DNA of 64,000 nt from Camelus ferus (Eukaryota): positions 62,312,001 to 62,376,000 of the forward strand of contig NC_045696.1 in NCBI RefSeq assembly GCF_009834535.1, read 5' to 3'. Both the position numbers and the translations under genes were made by a program. Below the pieces are notes generated by a model. That model was not told the origin of the DNA. It searched no databases and saw only the letters and a list, made by a program, of their open reading frames with translations. Every line of letters starts with the position of its first letter. Position 1 is the stretch's first letter. Positions 37,228 through 51,035 of the stretch are shown piece after piece.

Positions 37228-40130
37228 TTTAAATTAAACTTTTTATTTTAAAATGATTCTAGATTCACATATAGTTAAGAAATAATACAGAGAGATGCCC
37301 TGTACATTTTACCCAATTTCCTGTAAAGGTAACATCTTGCAAAACTCTAGTGCAGTATCACAACCAGGATATTGACATGTGCAGTGAAAATATAGAACAG
37401 TTCCATCACCACAAGGATCCCTTGTGTTATCCTTTTATAGCCATACCCACTTCCCTCCTAGCCCACATCTTCTTTAACCACTAATCTGTTCTCCACCTCT
37501 ATAACTGTGTCATTTCAAGAATGGGATCATACAATATGAAACCTTTTGCAATTGCTTTTTTCATGCAACATAATTATCTGGAGATTGTATGTATCAATAA
37601 TTTGTTCCCTTTTATTGCTAGATTGTATTCCACGGTATCACGTACCACAATTTGTTTAACCATTCACCCTGTTGAAGGTCGTCTGGGTTGTTTTCCTGTT
37701 TGGGGATATCACAAATAAAGATGCTAGGAACCTTCCTGTACAGGTTTTGTATTGAGTAAATTCCTGTTTTTCTGTTGGGTAAAGCCCCAGGCCCCAGGGG
37801 AGCAATTGCTGGTCATATGGTAGTTACATATTTAGTTTTTTAAGAAACTTTCAAACTGTTTTCCAAAGTGGCTGTAGCATTCTTCATTCCCAGCAGCAAT
37901 GGATTAGAGATCCTGGTTTCTCCATATCCTAGTCAGTATTTGGTGGTATTACTATTTTTTATTTTAGCCATGCTGATAACTATGTAAATATCTCCATTGT
38001 GGTTTTAATTTGCATTTCCCTAATGGCTAATGATGTTAAACATATTTTCATGTGCTTATTTGCCATCAGTAAATCCTCTTTGGTAAATGTCTCTTTATGT
38101 CTTTTGTCCATATTCTAACTGGATTGTTCATTCTTTCACTCTTAAGTTTTGAGAGTTCTTTATATGTTATAGATGCTAGTCCTTTGTCGCATATATGATA
38201 TGCCAATACTTTCTCCTAGTCTGTAACTTGTCTTTTCATCCTTTTAACAGGGTCTTTTGTAGAGAAAAAGTAGTTTTGTTTTGATGAAGTCTGATTATTC
38301 ATTTTTACACACCATGCTTTTGCTATCAACTTTCAGAACTCCTTGCCTATGCCCCAACCCAAAGATTTTCCCTTTTTTTCCTAAAAGTTTTATAGTTTAG
38401 TGTTTTACAGTTTCAGTCCATGATCCATTGTGAGTTAACTTCTACATAAAATGTGAGACTTAAGTCAAAGTTGGTTGCTTTTATTTCTGTTTTTTCCTAT
38501 GAACATCAGTTACTCCAACACCATTTTTTGAAAATGTTCTCTTTCCTGCATTGAATTTCCTTGCACCTTTGTTAAATATCAGTTAGGCGTATCTGTGTGG
38601 GTCTACTTCTGGATTCTCCATTCTGTTTCACTGATCTATGTGCTCCCACCTTATTTTTCTTTTTCAAAATTGTTTTCACTATTCTATTCCCTCTGCCTTT
38701 TCATAGAAATTTTAGACTAATCTTGTCTTTTTCCAAAAAAGTCTGACTGGGATTTTGTTTTGTTTTGTTTTGGTTTTGAGGGGAAGGAGGTAATTAGGTT
38801 TATTTATTTATTTTTGGAGGAGGTACTGGGGATTGAACCCAGGACCTTGTGCGTGCTAAGCATGTGCTCTACCCACTGAGCCACACCCTCCCCACTTGAC
38901 TGGGATTTTGATAGAAATTATGCTAAACTTGTCTATTAGCTCAGGGAAAGTCAACGCCTTTACTCTTTTGAGTCTTTCAATCCCTGAACACAGTGTGGGA
39001 CTCCATTTATTTAGATCTTTGATTTCTTTCATCAGCATTAGATAGTTTTCAGTGTACAAATCCTGTATATTTTGCTGTATTTAAACCTAGGTAACTCATT
39101 CTTTTGAGCAATTGTACATGGTATTGTTTTAAATTTTGATATCCACACGTTCATTGCCAGGATATAGAAATACACTGATTTGTGTGTGTCATCTTGTATC
39201 CTGTGTCCTGCTGAACTCACATATTAGCTCTCAGAGTGTTCTGTGGATTTTGGGGGATTTTCTACATGGTCAACCATGTAATCTACAAATTGGGACAGTT
39301 TTATTTCTTCTTTTACAATCTGTATGACTTTTATTTCCTTTTCTTGCCTTATTACACTTCTTTATTGCTCTGTGGTGGATCCATGGTGAGAGCAGACATT
39401 CTTGCCTTGCTCCCTATCTCAAGTGAAAGGCATCTAATCTTTCACCAGGAAATATAATGGTAGCTGCACAGTTTTTGTAGATGCTCTTTACCAAGTTTAG
39501 GAAATTCCCTTCTATTTTTGGAGAGTTTTTCGTCATAAATGGGTGTTAAAATATGCTGTTTCTGCATTGATAGATTCATGTGATCCTTCTTCCTTGGCTT
39601 TCAATTTGGTGGATTACATCAACTGATTTTCAACAATGAACCATCTCTGCATCCCTGGAACAAATCCACTTTTTCATAGTTTATAATTCTTTTTATATAT
39701 TGCCAAATTCTGTTGGCTAATATTTTAAGCATTTTTGCATCTATATTCATGAAGGGTATTCATCTGTAGTTCTCTTTTTTTGTACTGTCCTGGTCTGGTT
39801 TTGGAATCAAGGTAATACTAGCTCCATAAAATAAAATGGAAGGAGTTACTGCTGGGTGGGGAAGGGAGTTCCAGCTCCCCACTGGGTCTCCACCAAAACT
39901 CCCTGGCTGGGAGGGGTTAGAGTGCCTCATTTCTGGTCCCCAAGTGTGGGAGTGTGAGGTGTCATTGCTGCTGAGAAGTGGAGAAAGTCGTGACTCTCCC
40001 TCTCCACTAGGTGTCCTCTGACACTCCCACCCCTACCCCACGCAGGCAGGGTGCCTTATTACTGCTTGGTTAGTATGTAAGTCCTGGCCCCAATTTGGCT
40101 TTCTCTGACATGACCCCTGGTAGTGAGATT
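37228..40130 (-). mobile_element. Old L1 (L1MC/MD-like) ORF2 and 3' UTR fragments, interrupted by a SINE
   Basis: ORF2-like peptide YTENYLMLMKEIKDLNKW..IERL (ORF 38856..39059); T-rich L1 antisense character; the right-hand ~300 bp is less certain. Confidence 0.82.
38758..38896 (-). mobile_element. tRNA-derived SINE (vic-1-like) inserted into an L1
   Basis: A box (GGCTCAGTGG) and B box (GGTTCAATCCC) on the minus strand, A-rich tail, 14-bp TSD tgactgggattttg at 38744-38757 and 38897-38910. Confidence 0.88.
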
Positions 40131-40779
40131 GGTCATAAGTGAACAGAATGGGGAGGTCAGTGCACCCAAAACTAGTTAATTGACCTTATCTAAAAATAAT
40201 CACTGTTTTCCCAGGATCTGCTCCACAAAAAGGACAAGGTGTCCCTGGCAGAATTGGATCATATGTGCTTGTCCCCTGACACTCCCTTTGCACTATTTGA
40301 TATTTTTAAAAGTAACAATAAGGTCACAGCAAGGAAAAATTTATTTCAAACTGCTTTGTGGCCAGATTTTCTCAAACCTACCTCCCCATGCTCAAATATA
40401 GCCACTCAAACTTGACTATCTCTGGAGGTAGCATACCAGGCTCGACAGCTCAGACCCAGCTGCCAACTGACATATTTCTCCTTCTCCAGAGAGCACAAAG
40501 CCCCATCCCTCCACACTCAATCCCCAGGAGGCAGAGTCCTGACGGTGGGTGAGTCGGACCAAGAACACTGCTGGGACGGTCCAGCTGACACAGGAGTGCC
40601 CTCCTGGGCACTGCTTGGCTTCTCAACCTTTCCTTCTCGGCCATAGCTGGGAATGCCTCATCCTGCTCTCATTTCTTCTCTCACTTTGCAGCTTCTGCAG
40701 GTGCTATGGGACCCCTGGCTTAGGACTTCTCAATTTGGAGGGGCCTTGGGCCTGGGAAGGCTTTAGCACCTCAGTTCCA

Positions 40780-41430
40780 TAACTTTGGTTAACAAGCACC
40801 TGGGAAGCTTGTTAAAATGCAGGCTCCCAGGTCCCTGATTGACATTCTGATTCAGTAGGAAGGGGTGGCCCCTGGAAATCTGCATGTTTAACAAGCACCT
40901 CAAGTGATTCCAGTACAGGCGGTCTAGGGAAAGGCCTGGTTGATGTAGGTCAAGAGCATCAGTTCTTGGGTCCGCCTCCCTGGTTGTTTATTAGAATCAC
41001 TTGGGAATCCAATCATGATTATGTGCTCACATTATTAAAAGGAATCCTTACCATTTAGAGATAGATACCTAAATATTTACAAGTCAATCATGATGTCCAG
41101 AATTTGCTCTGAAATAATCCAATAAAGGGAGGGGGAGGAGAGTGGGTGGGGACACAGATGAAATGAGACTGGCCATGAGACGGATCACTGCTGAAGCCCC
41201 AATACCCCAGGTGTCAGTACACAACTTTCTACCTTTGTATATGATTGAAATTCCTTCCAAAATAGTTTAAGAAGAATCACTAAGGAAGCTTTTTGAACTA
41301 TTTGCACAGTTGGCCCCATCCCTAATGAATGAAATCCAAATCCCCCGGGGTAGGGCGCAGGGAATCTTTTCCCCCCACTGTCCTCTAGGTGATTCTAATT
41401 TGCAACCAGAGTTCAAAACTGCTGCCTTAG
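40780..41430. mobile_element. Cluster of MER5-like hAT fragments with an L1 3' fragment (~41010-41265) inserted
   Basis: agaatcac..tggg, gattcagtagg, atctgcatgtttaacaagcacctcaagtgattc motifs. Confidence 0.6.
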
Positions 41431-44400
41431 GAAAAGAGAAAAAGTACTTTTTCCCCATGAGGTTTCCTTTTCAAGCCTCTTGCCTGCCAAAGCCCTATCA
41501 TCTCTGGGGACAAAATCAGCTCTGGGCCACAGCCCAGTTCAGCCAAGGAAGACACTGCTGTTTGCCGCCAATATCTCTCTTTTCATCTGCCTCGTCATCA
41601 AAATTTTGTCTTGGGTAGCAATGTGCCCAACTCTTCCCAGGCTTGCCCTGTGATCATGTGACTATCCCCAGCTCATAATGCATAAGCAGAACCCTGCAGT
41701 GATTGCTGGGAGAGTTGCTCTCCTGATGCAGGGGCAGCTCCTCCCTTCCTCCATGCTGCTTTGCTTTTCCCTGCCTGGACTGGGGCTGGAGGTGGAAGAG
41801 AATCATGGCACTCTGAGGTGAGAACAGCTATTGGGACGACAGAGCAGAAAGATAAAAGAAGCCCGGGTCCACTGATGCCACTCCAGCCCTAGCCTTCTGG
41901 AGGTCCTTGCTCTTCTTAGTGTGATGCAGTTGTGATACACTGGCTTATCAAGGCTAAGAATGCCCCTGAGGGGTTAAGTCCAAGCCCCATATTATGAAAT
42001 AGTGTGCATTGCCCTGGAGGGTCCCCTCTCCCCAGGAGGGGCTTACGGTAGCAGCAAACTGCTGGTCAACCAAACCACTCACTCTGAGAGCTATGCAAGT
42101 CTCACAGGTGGTAAAAGTTAAACTCAGGATTGTCAGTAACCTTGCAGAGGGGTGAGTCCCAAAGAGATGGCCACCGGATTCAGAGGAGAGCTTGCTGATT
42201 TCCATCCTAACCTAGAAGTGCAATCAGACAGGGTGGAGCAGGTGCAGGTTGGCACTTCCCCAAGGGCCTGTGGAAGAAATGGCTGGTTCCAGAGCACTGG
42301 TGTCCAGGAACTTCCAGGCCACATTCAAGACACCACCCAACGCTGGCCAAGGCATTAATGCTGTCTTCTTTTCCATCCTTCTAGTTTATGTCTCTATCCC
42401 TTTGTTCCTTCTGTCATGAATCAGCGACAATAAACAGTAATGCAGCTGTCTGCTGAGAGAAGTGAGGAGTCAATTTGACAGGCTGAATCTAACAAGATGA
42501 GCTTAGGAGGGACAATTATCAGTGACACAAGTGCAGCTGGGGAGAAATGCAGCCTCCCACAGCAGCATCTGTGGAAAAAAATGTAGTCTGGTCGACCACG
42601 AATCGTAAGTGATGGGGCTGCCAAAAGAAGCTATGTGAGCCTAGGCTGGTCAGGGATGAGGGAGGCAAGGGCCCCTCTCCACTCTGCCCAGGTCAGGCTG
42701 CCCTGGGGTATTACACGTCACGGCCGGGCAGGCAGGGCTGAGCACTGGGGCCAAGCCAACTGGTGTGTGTAACCAGGATCCGGGAGGTAGTGTTCCAGGT
42801 AGGGAATGCATCAGTAAGTCACTGGCTCCAGGAGGGAAGCCAGAGCCTTCTGGCAAAGCCAGAAATCTGAAATCTGAGGGCTATATAGTGTCAGTAAGCA
42901 GAACAGGGTGTCCGGGCAGGGACCACACCTGGCCACCCCTGGGGAGGTTTTGTCTGGACAGGACCTATGTACTGATTGACTGCTGCCCTGAGGAATGCAG
43001 GTATGGGGGTGCACAGGCCAAAAGGACATCATTCAGGTGGAAGACCTGGGTGCTGAATGGGGAAATCATGGGAGATGAGCAATGACAAAACACGCAGACG
43101 CAATAAGAGAAGTTGGGGACGGAGGTATCGGGGTAGTATGGTGTCTCTGGGGATAAGAGATGAACTTATTCAGGATGAATGTAGATGGCAGACCCAGAAA
43201 TAAGAGGAACAGAGAAAAGATTTCTGCCCAATGTGAAGAAGGACTTTATAATAGCACTGTCCAAAGACAAGAGGCCTGCTGTGAGAGGTGCTGATGGTCC
43301 CATGGCTGGAGATATTCAAATAGAGGCTGTAAGTTCACTTGTTAAGGATGTGATCACAGGATCGACGTACAGGTAGTTGACTGGAGTCTGAGATTCAAGC
43401 AAAATGATCAGGCCAAAGTTCTTCCCCACCCAAGACCTCCTGTCTCATCCAGGCACAGTGCTCACCCACCATTCCATCCTCCTCACACACCTGGGTCTCC
43501 CTCCCTCCCTGACCTCTGCTGACAACTTTGCCTGGAAGACAGCTAATGCACTTGACGCAGCTCTGCCCCTGACCACCCTGCCCCAACTCCCCTCAGCCTA
43601 AGCAGGTTATTTCTGCAAGCCTTCTAGAAGATTCAGAATCCCCTGTGACAGCTTTTCTTTCCACTCAAATGAGCCAGAAGCCTAACTAATGCTTCACTTC
43701 CCTTTAATTTTTTTTAAAATAATAAAGTACTGAATATTTCATGTCATTTCACTAAAGTGAAAAACAGAATGTTCAGATGGATACAGAGCAGTTAATTCAC
43801 TTCCCTTTAATTTGAAGATAAAATCTTTGTAAAAGTATTTTAACCTCCTTTGGGATTACTTTCTCCTCTGTAAAAAAACCTCCAGAAATCTCTAAAAGCC
43901 TCTTTTGAGACAGACTTTTACCATTTCTATGAATCACTCACTGAAAAAAAAAATTTCAGTAAATCATCTTCCAAGAGTCCTGCGTCAGAGCCAAGTTCCA
44001 TTTCCTCTTTGATGGGATGTCACCTCTGCAGTAGGGGCTGTAACTGAACAGGACCCTACTGTCATCAGTGATCATCTGACAACTGTAATGGTGTTTGTAA
44101 CTGCTTAACTGTGTGATGGTTTAAAGGGTTTTTCTCACGCTCTTGCTGACCAGGGTTAGACCGGAAATGAGGGAGGCTTGGGGTACAGAGGCCGTATTTC
44201 AGCAACAGGGCCATTTAAAAACTCTTTTTATATGGTGTCCTCTGGTAGTTGAAGCCCCATCTCCAATCAAGCTTTAGTATCCCATGGAATTGTTTTTAAG
44301 CAAATGCTGCTAAAAACCTAAATTCATGTTCTTCTAAATTTATCTATTGGCATAGAAAATAACCATCAATTTTCTAGCTGCCAGGACTTTGAATTTAACC

Positions 44401-44729
44401 TGCCACTTGATTTAACTCCTCTCAAATATAAAAGAAAGAAAAAGTCATTACTTTTTCCTTGCTCTGGCTGCAAAGGAATAAAACGAGGTAGCTGAGCACA
44501 CTAAATCCCCTTGGAAAAGGCAACTTCCAGGAGCTCTCAAAGAAGAGCTGCTTCTTTCATTTTTACTTAATGCTTTCTCTAAATCACACAGTTCAGTGAA
44601 GTCTTGGGACATTTTGCTTAATTGGTTTCACATGTGACATTTTCAAAGCGCCATTAGCCAGGTAATCAAAGTAATGGGATCTGTGCCTCCTGATGTGATG
44701 CACCAAGATGGGCACCTCCTTACCTTTCC

Positions 44730-45128
44730 AAATATGCATACTTGAATCTAAACACGAGAACATCCCAAAATCCACACTGAGAGATAGTCTTCCAAGGTGT
44801 CAAGGTCATGAAAAACAAAGACTGAGAAAGTGCCCCAGGAGGGAGAGAGTAAGGAGACACAACAACTAAATGCACTGGGGACCCTGGTTTGTATCCTGGA
44901 CCAGGAAAAGGTCCATTACTGGGTCATTTGGTGAAATCTGAATTAGATCTATAGGTTAGTTAGTAGTATTATATCAGTGGTAATTTCCCGGTTTTGATGA
45001 TTGCACTACGGTTTTGTAAGATGCTAACATTTGGGGAAATTAGGAAAGGGGGATAAGGAAACTTTTGTACTATTTTTGCAACTTCTGTGTAAGTGTAGAG
45101 TTATTTCAAAATAAAAAGTTAAAAAAAT
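44730..45128 (+). mobile_element. Old L1 (L1ME/MC-like) 3' UTR fragment
   Basis: acaactaaatgca...tgtactatttttgcaacttctgtgtaagt..ttatttcaaaataaaaagttaaaaaaa. Confidence 0.75.
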
Positions 45129-45292
45129 AATCTGATGAAAGATATTCTTCTGTGCCCTGTGAGCCGTCCTTTGCTGATAGACAATGGGTATTGAGAGACA
45201 TTTTTGAGAGTCAAGCCTTATTATGTGTGAAGAGCTTTGCTTTGCCCAGAAACTATAACCCTCAAGGCTACCTCCACCCTTCAATTTCTTAC

Positions 45293-45375
45293 CTGGTTCC
45301 GTTTCCTCTATCAGAGAAACTCAAGGTTTTCCTTGGGAGCTGTGACAGGGGTCTGGAGAGGCGGGCGGTCAGCAT
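45293..45375 (-). CDS. BDH1: BDH1 coding exon 1 (mitochondrial presequence MLTARLSRPLSQLPRKTLSFSDRGNGTR); exon starts at 45419 including 44 nt of 5' leader
   Basis: ATG at 45375-45373 in context GCCACA-ATG; acceptor tgtgtttcag| before 45419; donor AG|gtaag after 45293; Arg/Ser/Leu-rich peptide like the BDH1 N-terminus. Not in the ORF track; read manually. Confidence 0.93.
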
Positions 45376-46932
45376 TGTGGCCACAAGAGGCAGAATGGTC
45401 AGGCTCCTCCTGGTGGGTTCTGAAACACAAAGGCACCCTCAGCATTGCCTTGTTGCCTTCAGGGGTGGCTATATTCCTTCCAGGTTGTGAAAGTCAAACT
45501 GGGCTCTGTCTGACCCAGGTCCAGTCATGCTACCAGGCAGTCTCCTCTTGCCACCTTCCTCTCAAGCTTCATCCTCACATGATGGAAAGAGTCAGGAGAC
45601 TGGGACATCTGGAAACCTGGGTTCTGGCTCTGGCTATGTCATCAACTCTAGGGCAACCCTGGATGGGTCATCACCCATGTGCAGCATAACAAGGTTGGAA
45701 TAGACTAGTGACTGTCAAACCAGTCTGTGGAGGGGCACTGGGGGACCTGCCTCCTCAGAGATTCCAGCTCCATGAGTTCCTCTCTCCTGTCTGTGTTCAC
45801 CATATCCAGCAGAACGTGCATCTCAATGTGCCCACATGCCTCCGGGCAGCTTTTCCAGCCCCGGGCCACGTAGCATCTGATTCAGCTCTCCACCTCTCTC
45901 CCCACCTCACCAAGCACAGGGTCCAACTCGGGGGCTGAATTCATCAGCAACTCATAAAAGCCTGGAGACTGGAGCTAGAATTTGAGACACACTCTAATCA
46001 ACCTCAATTCACACACATACAGAGTCTCCCCCACCATCCTACCAGCCCCTGTCCAGGTTAAATCAACTTGGTTGTGACAACGACATGTATCACTTGGTGT
46101 CACCTTAAGGCTACTCAGCACTGTGACTAGTCGTGCATTAGGAATTGCTGATCAGCAGGTATATTAGTTGCCCTCTTAAACTCTGCTTAATTCTGTTCTG
46201 GTGATTCCTCCCGGCCTAAGGGAAGGGAAGGGAGGAGACAAGGGAGTTGAGCAAGACAACTACAGCCGGGGGGAGCTATTGTTCTTTTCCTGGTGAGCCA
46301 TTCTAGTCTCTCCTTGCACACCCGCCTCTGGTTTGTTAACCTGTTCTTATCAGTAATAAGGTTCTGCCTGAGAGGCAGCTCCTTCCCTGTCCTATTGCCA
46401 GCACCCCTAATCTAACTGATAACCAGCCCCCTGGGCCAGTGGGTGTGGAATAAATTCATTAACTAGCCAACCGCAGGGTGTTCACTGCAGGAGGCAGGTG
46501 GAGTTCAATCCTCAGGAAAGGCAAACAAATAGGGATCTTTTGATCTATGTGATCCTTCCTGGACCATGCAGTAGGCTCTTGCTTCCACCCCTGCCCCTAC
46601 TCACAACACTCCATTCTCAGCCCTGCAGCCAGAAAGATCTTTCTAACCCCAGTCAGGTTATGTGACTCCCTTGCCTAAAAGCCTCTCCATGCCTTTTGGA
46701 ATGGACCTCTGCCTCCCTTGCTCTCAGTTTCTGGCACCACCTTCCCTGGGCTCACTGCACTGGAGCCACACTGACCTCCTGAACATACACCAAGCTCTTT
46801 TTCACCTCGTGGCCCTGGACCTTGCCTTTCCCCACTCTAGATGGCTGAGTCCTTCCCACCCTTCCAGCTTCAGAGAGGCTGCCCCAACCCCCCATGCAAC
46901 ACACAGGGGCTGCCCTCTGTAAGATCATCCTT

Positions 46933-47095
46933 GGGGAGAGGGTTTACAGCTCAGTGGAAGAGCACGTGCTTAGCATGTACAAGGCCCTGGGTTCAACCCC
47001 CAGTACCACCATTAAAACAAACAAATAAAAACCTAATTACCACCCCCTCCAAAATAAACAAAAGAAATTTAGAAAAAAATAAATATTATTTTTAA
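46933..47095 (+). mobile_element. tRNA-derived SINE (vic-1-like)
   Basis: agctcagtgg...gggttcaacccccagtacc, A-rich tail; TSD core atcatcctt at 46924-46932 and 47099-47107. Confidence 0.85.
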
Positions 47096-48519
47096 GAAAT
47101 CATCCTTCAACCCAAAATTACTTCATTACTTTATCTTCCCCTTCTAAAGCATAAGCTCAGTGAGGCCAGGAACCTCGTCCATCTTGGTCACCACTGAATC
47201 CCTCATTCCCAGAAAAAACCTGACCCAAAGAAGGCGCTCAGTGAAGTCTCTGCTGAGTGGGGATGAGTTAAGTGCTCGAACCCTACCATCACCGCCACAC
47301 AACCCCCACTATAGACTGGTCCTCCTTAGAAGGCACAGGCCCATGCTGGGCTCAGATTCTTTAAGGGGTGCCCCCACCCCACCCAAATACTGACCAGTTG
47401 GCTGAGCACACGTATCTCCACCTACTTCTGCCAGGACTGGAGTTTGAGGTCACCACCGCTGGGTGATTTTTAAATTCAGTTGTCTCTAATTAAAGCCCTT
47501 TCCCGTCCCTTCTGCTCCATGCCTGTGGCAGAGAATGCCTCAAAGTTATCTCCAAAGAGAGGGCTGCTTTCCATTTTATTTTCCTTTGAGTCAGCAATAT
47601 TTAAAAGTGCTGCAGTCAAAATAGCTTAAAGTGGACAAAAACTCAGCTCCTTTAATAATGCACCATTCACAATGTAGTCTCTTACATACAAAATGTTAGA
47701 ATTTTAGAACTCTTTTTCTTCTCCTTTTTATGTTTCTTAAATATGTTGCTGTTTTCACCCCCTAAAACAATGCTATAGGCAGTGGGATTCCTGCACACTC
47801 TTCAGGCTTGTTTGTCATCTTATGTCTTGGGCTGGGCTTTATTCTCTGTAAATATTAGCTTCTCAAACGAAAAGCCTTTTGGTTTGGAAACAAATGGTTG
47901 TGGGAGGAGGGTGCTGCAAGGAGGCAGGCAGAGTCCCTGTCGGGGTGAGACCATCTCCTTAGCCTTGACCTCAATCAGCTGCTCGATTATCAAATTTATA
48001 AGATACTGTCACAAAGTCAAGATGCTCACATATTAATAAACCTGGGAGAAACTTTTCTAACACTGAGAACACTTAGGTCTGCTCTCAAGGGCACGTCCTT
48101 TGCATTGTCAATGTAAAACCCATGGACTGCACCCCCCCTCCAAAAAAAACCGGTGTTCATCCTGGTCTTGACGCTGGGCTCGCTTGCTGCATTCTGACAG
48201 GACTATCTTGCAGAGGACATAGCTGGTTGCATTCCTGTGGGTCAGGGTCAGCGTGTCCCCGGCAAGTGGCAGATATCCCCAGTACTGACATCCTCAGAGG
48301 ACACAGGGCATCAGCAGTGAATTGAGAGAAATCAGGAGGCTGGACTTAGGCAGGAAGGAGAAAACTCTTGAGTTTCTGGACATGAAGTCTGGATGGGCCT
48401 TGGTAATACCAGGCAGGAAGGGAAGGCTCTGTTCTACCGAGGAGGGCATGCTGGGTTTAGGCAGAGAACCATCCTGTGGAGAGACCCCACACTGAGGAGC
48501 TTAAAGCCAGTGAGCTGTG

Positions 48520-48731
48520 TGAGACTCCAACTGACAACTCGCAGCCTGTTTCCAACACATTCTACTTGGCTGTTTTTTTTGGCCAACCTAGTGTTTTAAA
48601 AGGCAATGTAACTAAGCAGCTGTGTTATGCTTGAACTCAATACAAAAAGTTTGCACTTACTATCTTAAGCCTACCCACATCACCTCTGTTAACTGCCTGG
48701 ACACTGTGGGCATTTGCATTTGAGATCTCTC
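48520..48731 (+). mobile_element. Degenerate MER102-like hAT MITE
   Basis: Ends cctggacactgtgggcatttgcatttgagatctct, similar to the element at 25210. Confidence 0.45.
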
Positions 48732-49454
48732 ACCAGAAAAATGTCTATTACCCTTTGGCTATTTCCCTTCTGATCACTTAGCATTATCTTACCTGAAAGT
48801 TCCAGCTCAGCTCAGATATGTGTGCTCACTGTACAGTTAATGGAGGATTCCTTGAGGCCATCAAAAAAGGAAACCAGACAAGTTTTAAAGCCCTCATTCA
48901 AAAAAAGATGCCTATTATTCCTTAGAGAGATAACTATTCTGGAACAAAAGTCTAAAAGTATTATATAGGAACATCAAATGATAGAGTAGAGGTTCTCACT
49001 ACCATATTATCATAAATGCAGACATGACTTTTATATAGCTGTCTTTAACAGAGACCTTCAATAAAAGCCAAGGATTTAACTTTAGCCCAGTTCAGCAAAG
49101 GCAAACCTAATGCAGACACTTGGGTTAGTCCAACACTCTAGTCACCAGATTGGATTTAGGTGATGGCCAGTTCTCCTCAGAGAACAACACATCACACTCT
49201 CTGCAGAGGCCATCTTTTGGGTGTCTGTCTTGTTCACCTGATCCCTGTCCTCTTGGACCTGTCTCTTGCCCACAGGATTTGGCCTCTGTAGCTGTAGTTG
49301 TGCAATGAGAACCCCGCCCCCTTCCCCGGGCCACTGGGTCAAGGAAAGACAACAGATGAATCTATCATTCTGTCCCCTGGCACTATGGAAGAATGCAAAT
49401 CCATCCCTGCAGGGCAGAGACATGTGATCTGGCTGATAGAGTGGGGAGAAAAGT

Positions 49455-49750
49455 GGCTATGCTACTTTGAGCATGAAGCCAGAAAGAGAGATGGAGAAAG
49501 CCAGTCTGGAGAGAGAGAGAGAGACAGACAGACAGAGAGAATAGTCAGGCACATATGTAGAATGAAACAGAGATGGAGGTGGAGAGAGAGAAAAAACAAC
49601 ATCTGAGACTCCAGAGGGGAGCTCTGCTCTTGGAGACCCAGCTGCCGTCCTACCTTCAGCTTCATGCCATGTCTTTATTCTCTGTGTTGATTTAAGCAAG
49701 CTTAAAGTTTCTGTTAGTTGCAGCTGAAACAATATTGGTGAAACCACACT
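49455..49750 (+). mobile_element. Old MaLR LTR fragment (MLT1-like); similar pieces at ~2990-3170, ~8660-9080, ~30360-30570, ~41600-41940
   Basis: 3' end tttaagcaagcttaaagtttctgttagttgcagctgaaa typical of old MLT1 LTRs. Confidence 0.55.
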
Positions 49751-50059
49751 AAAAGCAGGTTCTTTCTGCAGATCATTATCATTAATTCCTAAGCTTGCCC
49801 CATATTCTAAGAATGTCACACTATAGATCTCGTAACATAACAGCAACATGAGCCTCCCCCTCTCCATTCTGTCAAGGAGACATCTGCTGTTCCCCAAGAG
49901 AAAGTGTTACCAGAGCTACCAAAATGGCCATAACTACAACTGCTAGCTTAAGCAGGCATTCCACGCCTAGGAGAACAGGGCTTGCCTACCAAACTCAAGA
50001 CAGATCACTAAACGATGGAGTCCCAGGGCTCCCTTCTTGGTCTCTTCTCACAACCAGGC

Positions 50060-51035
50060 TGAGCTCTCATTGCTTTAAATATGATTTACATGCTGCCATC
50101 TCCTAAATTTTCATCTCCAACCAGCTTCTTCTCTGAACTCCAGGCTTAATGTATCCAACTACCCATCCAACATCTCCACTTGAATGTTTAATAGGTATCT
50201 CAAACTTAGCCTGTCCAAAACTGAGCTTGTGCCATGGCCCTGCATATCTGTTCCTCTGAGTCTCCCTTGTTCTTGACTCCTCCCTTGCACACTCCACAGC
50301 CAAGCAGTCAGCGAATCCTGACTCCACCTTCACAATATATCAAGCATCCTCTGCTATCATCTTTGCTAAGACTTCATCCCTTCTTGCCTGGGTTGTTGCA
50401 ATCGCGTCTCAACTAGGCTCCCTGCTTCCATCCTAGTCCCCCAACAGACACTGCTCAACACTGCCTCCATGAGCCTACGAAGTACAAATCAGATCATGTC
50501 ACTCCTGCACCAAATTTTTGCTCAGAGTAAAAGCCAAAATCACTCAGACTGCCTACAATGCCCTCCATAATCTAGGTCCCCATGACGTCTCTGATCTCGT
50601 CCCTCCTTGTTCACTGCACATAGGTCACAGTGGCCTTCGTGCTGTACTTGGAACATGTCAGGCAAGCTCATGCTTCAGGGCTTTTGCCTGATTTTCCCTC
50701 CACCAGGAACGTTCTTTTCCTCACTCTCCGCAGGGCTCATTCTCTCAATTCAATCTTTTATTCAAATGTTTACTCAGTAAGGCATTATCTGGCCACCCCA
50801 TCAATCCCATCCCTACCCTGACATTTTCTATCCCCCTTCCCTGCTTCCTTCTTTTTTCCTCCTTGGCAACTTGCCACATTATACATATTGTACTTACTTA
50901 TTGTATTTATCATATTTCAGTCCCACTAGAATGTAAACCCTGAGAGCAGGAATTTTTGTCTTTTTTGTCCCTGTTGTATCCTCAACACCTAACGGTGCCC
51001 TGTACACAGTAGGCACATGATATTTGAATGAATTA
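50060..51035 (+). mobile_element. L2 LINE 3' portion
   Basis: catctccacttgaatgtttaataggtatctcaaactta...tagaatgtaaacc...cacagtaggcac..tgaatgaat L2 signature. Confidence 0.8.

Noticed and set aside
44800..44808. Perfect ERR response element TCAAGGTCA near coding exon 1
   Set aside because: It falls in an old L1 3' fragment where this string appears to be native repeat sequence; no independent support for function.
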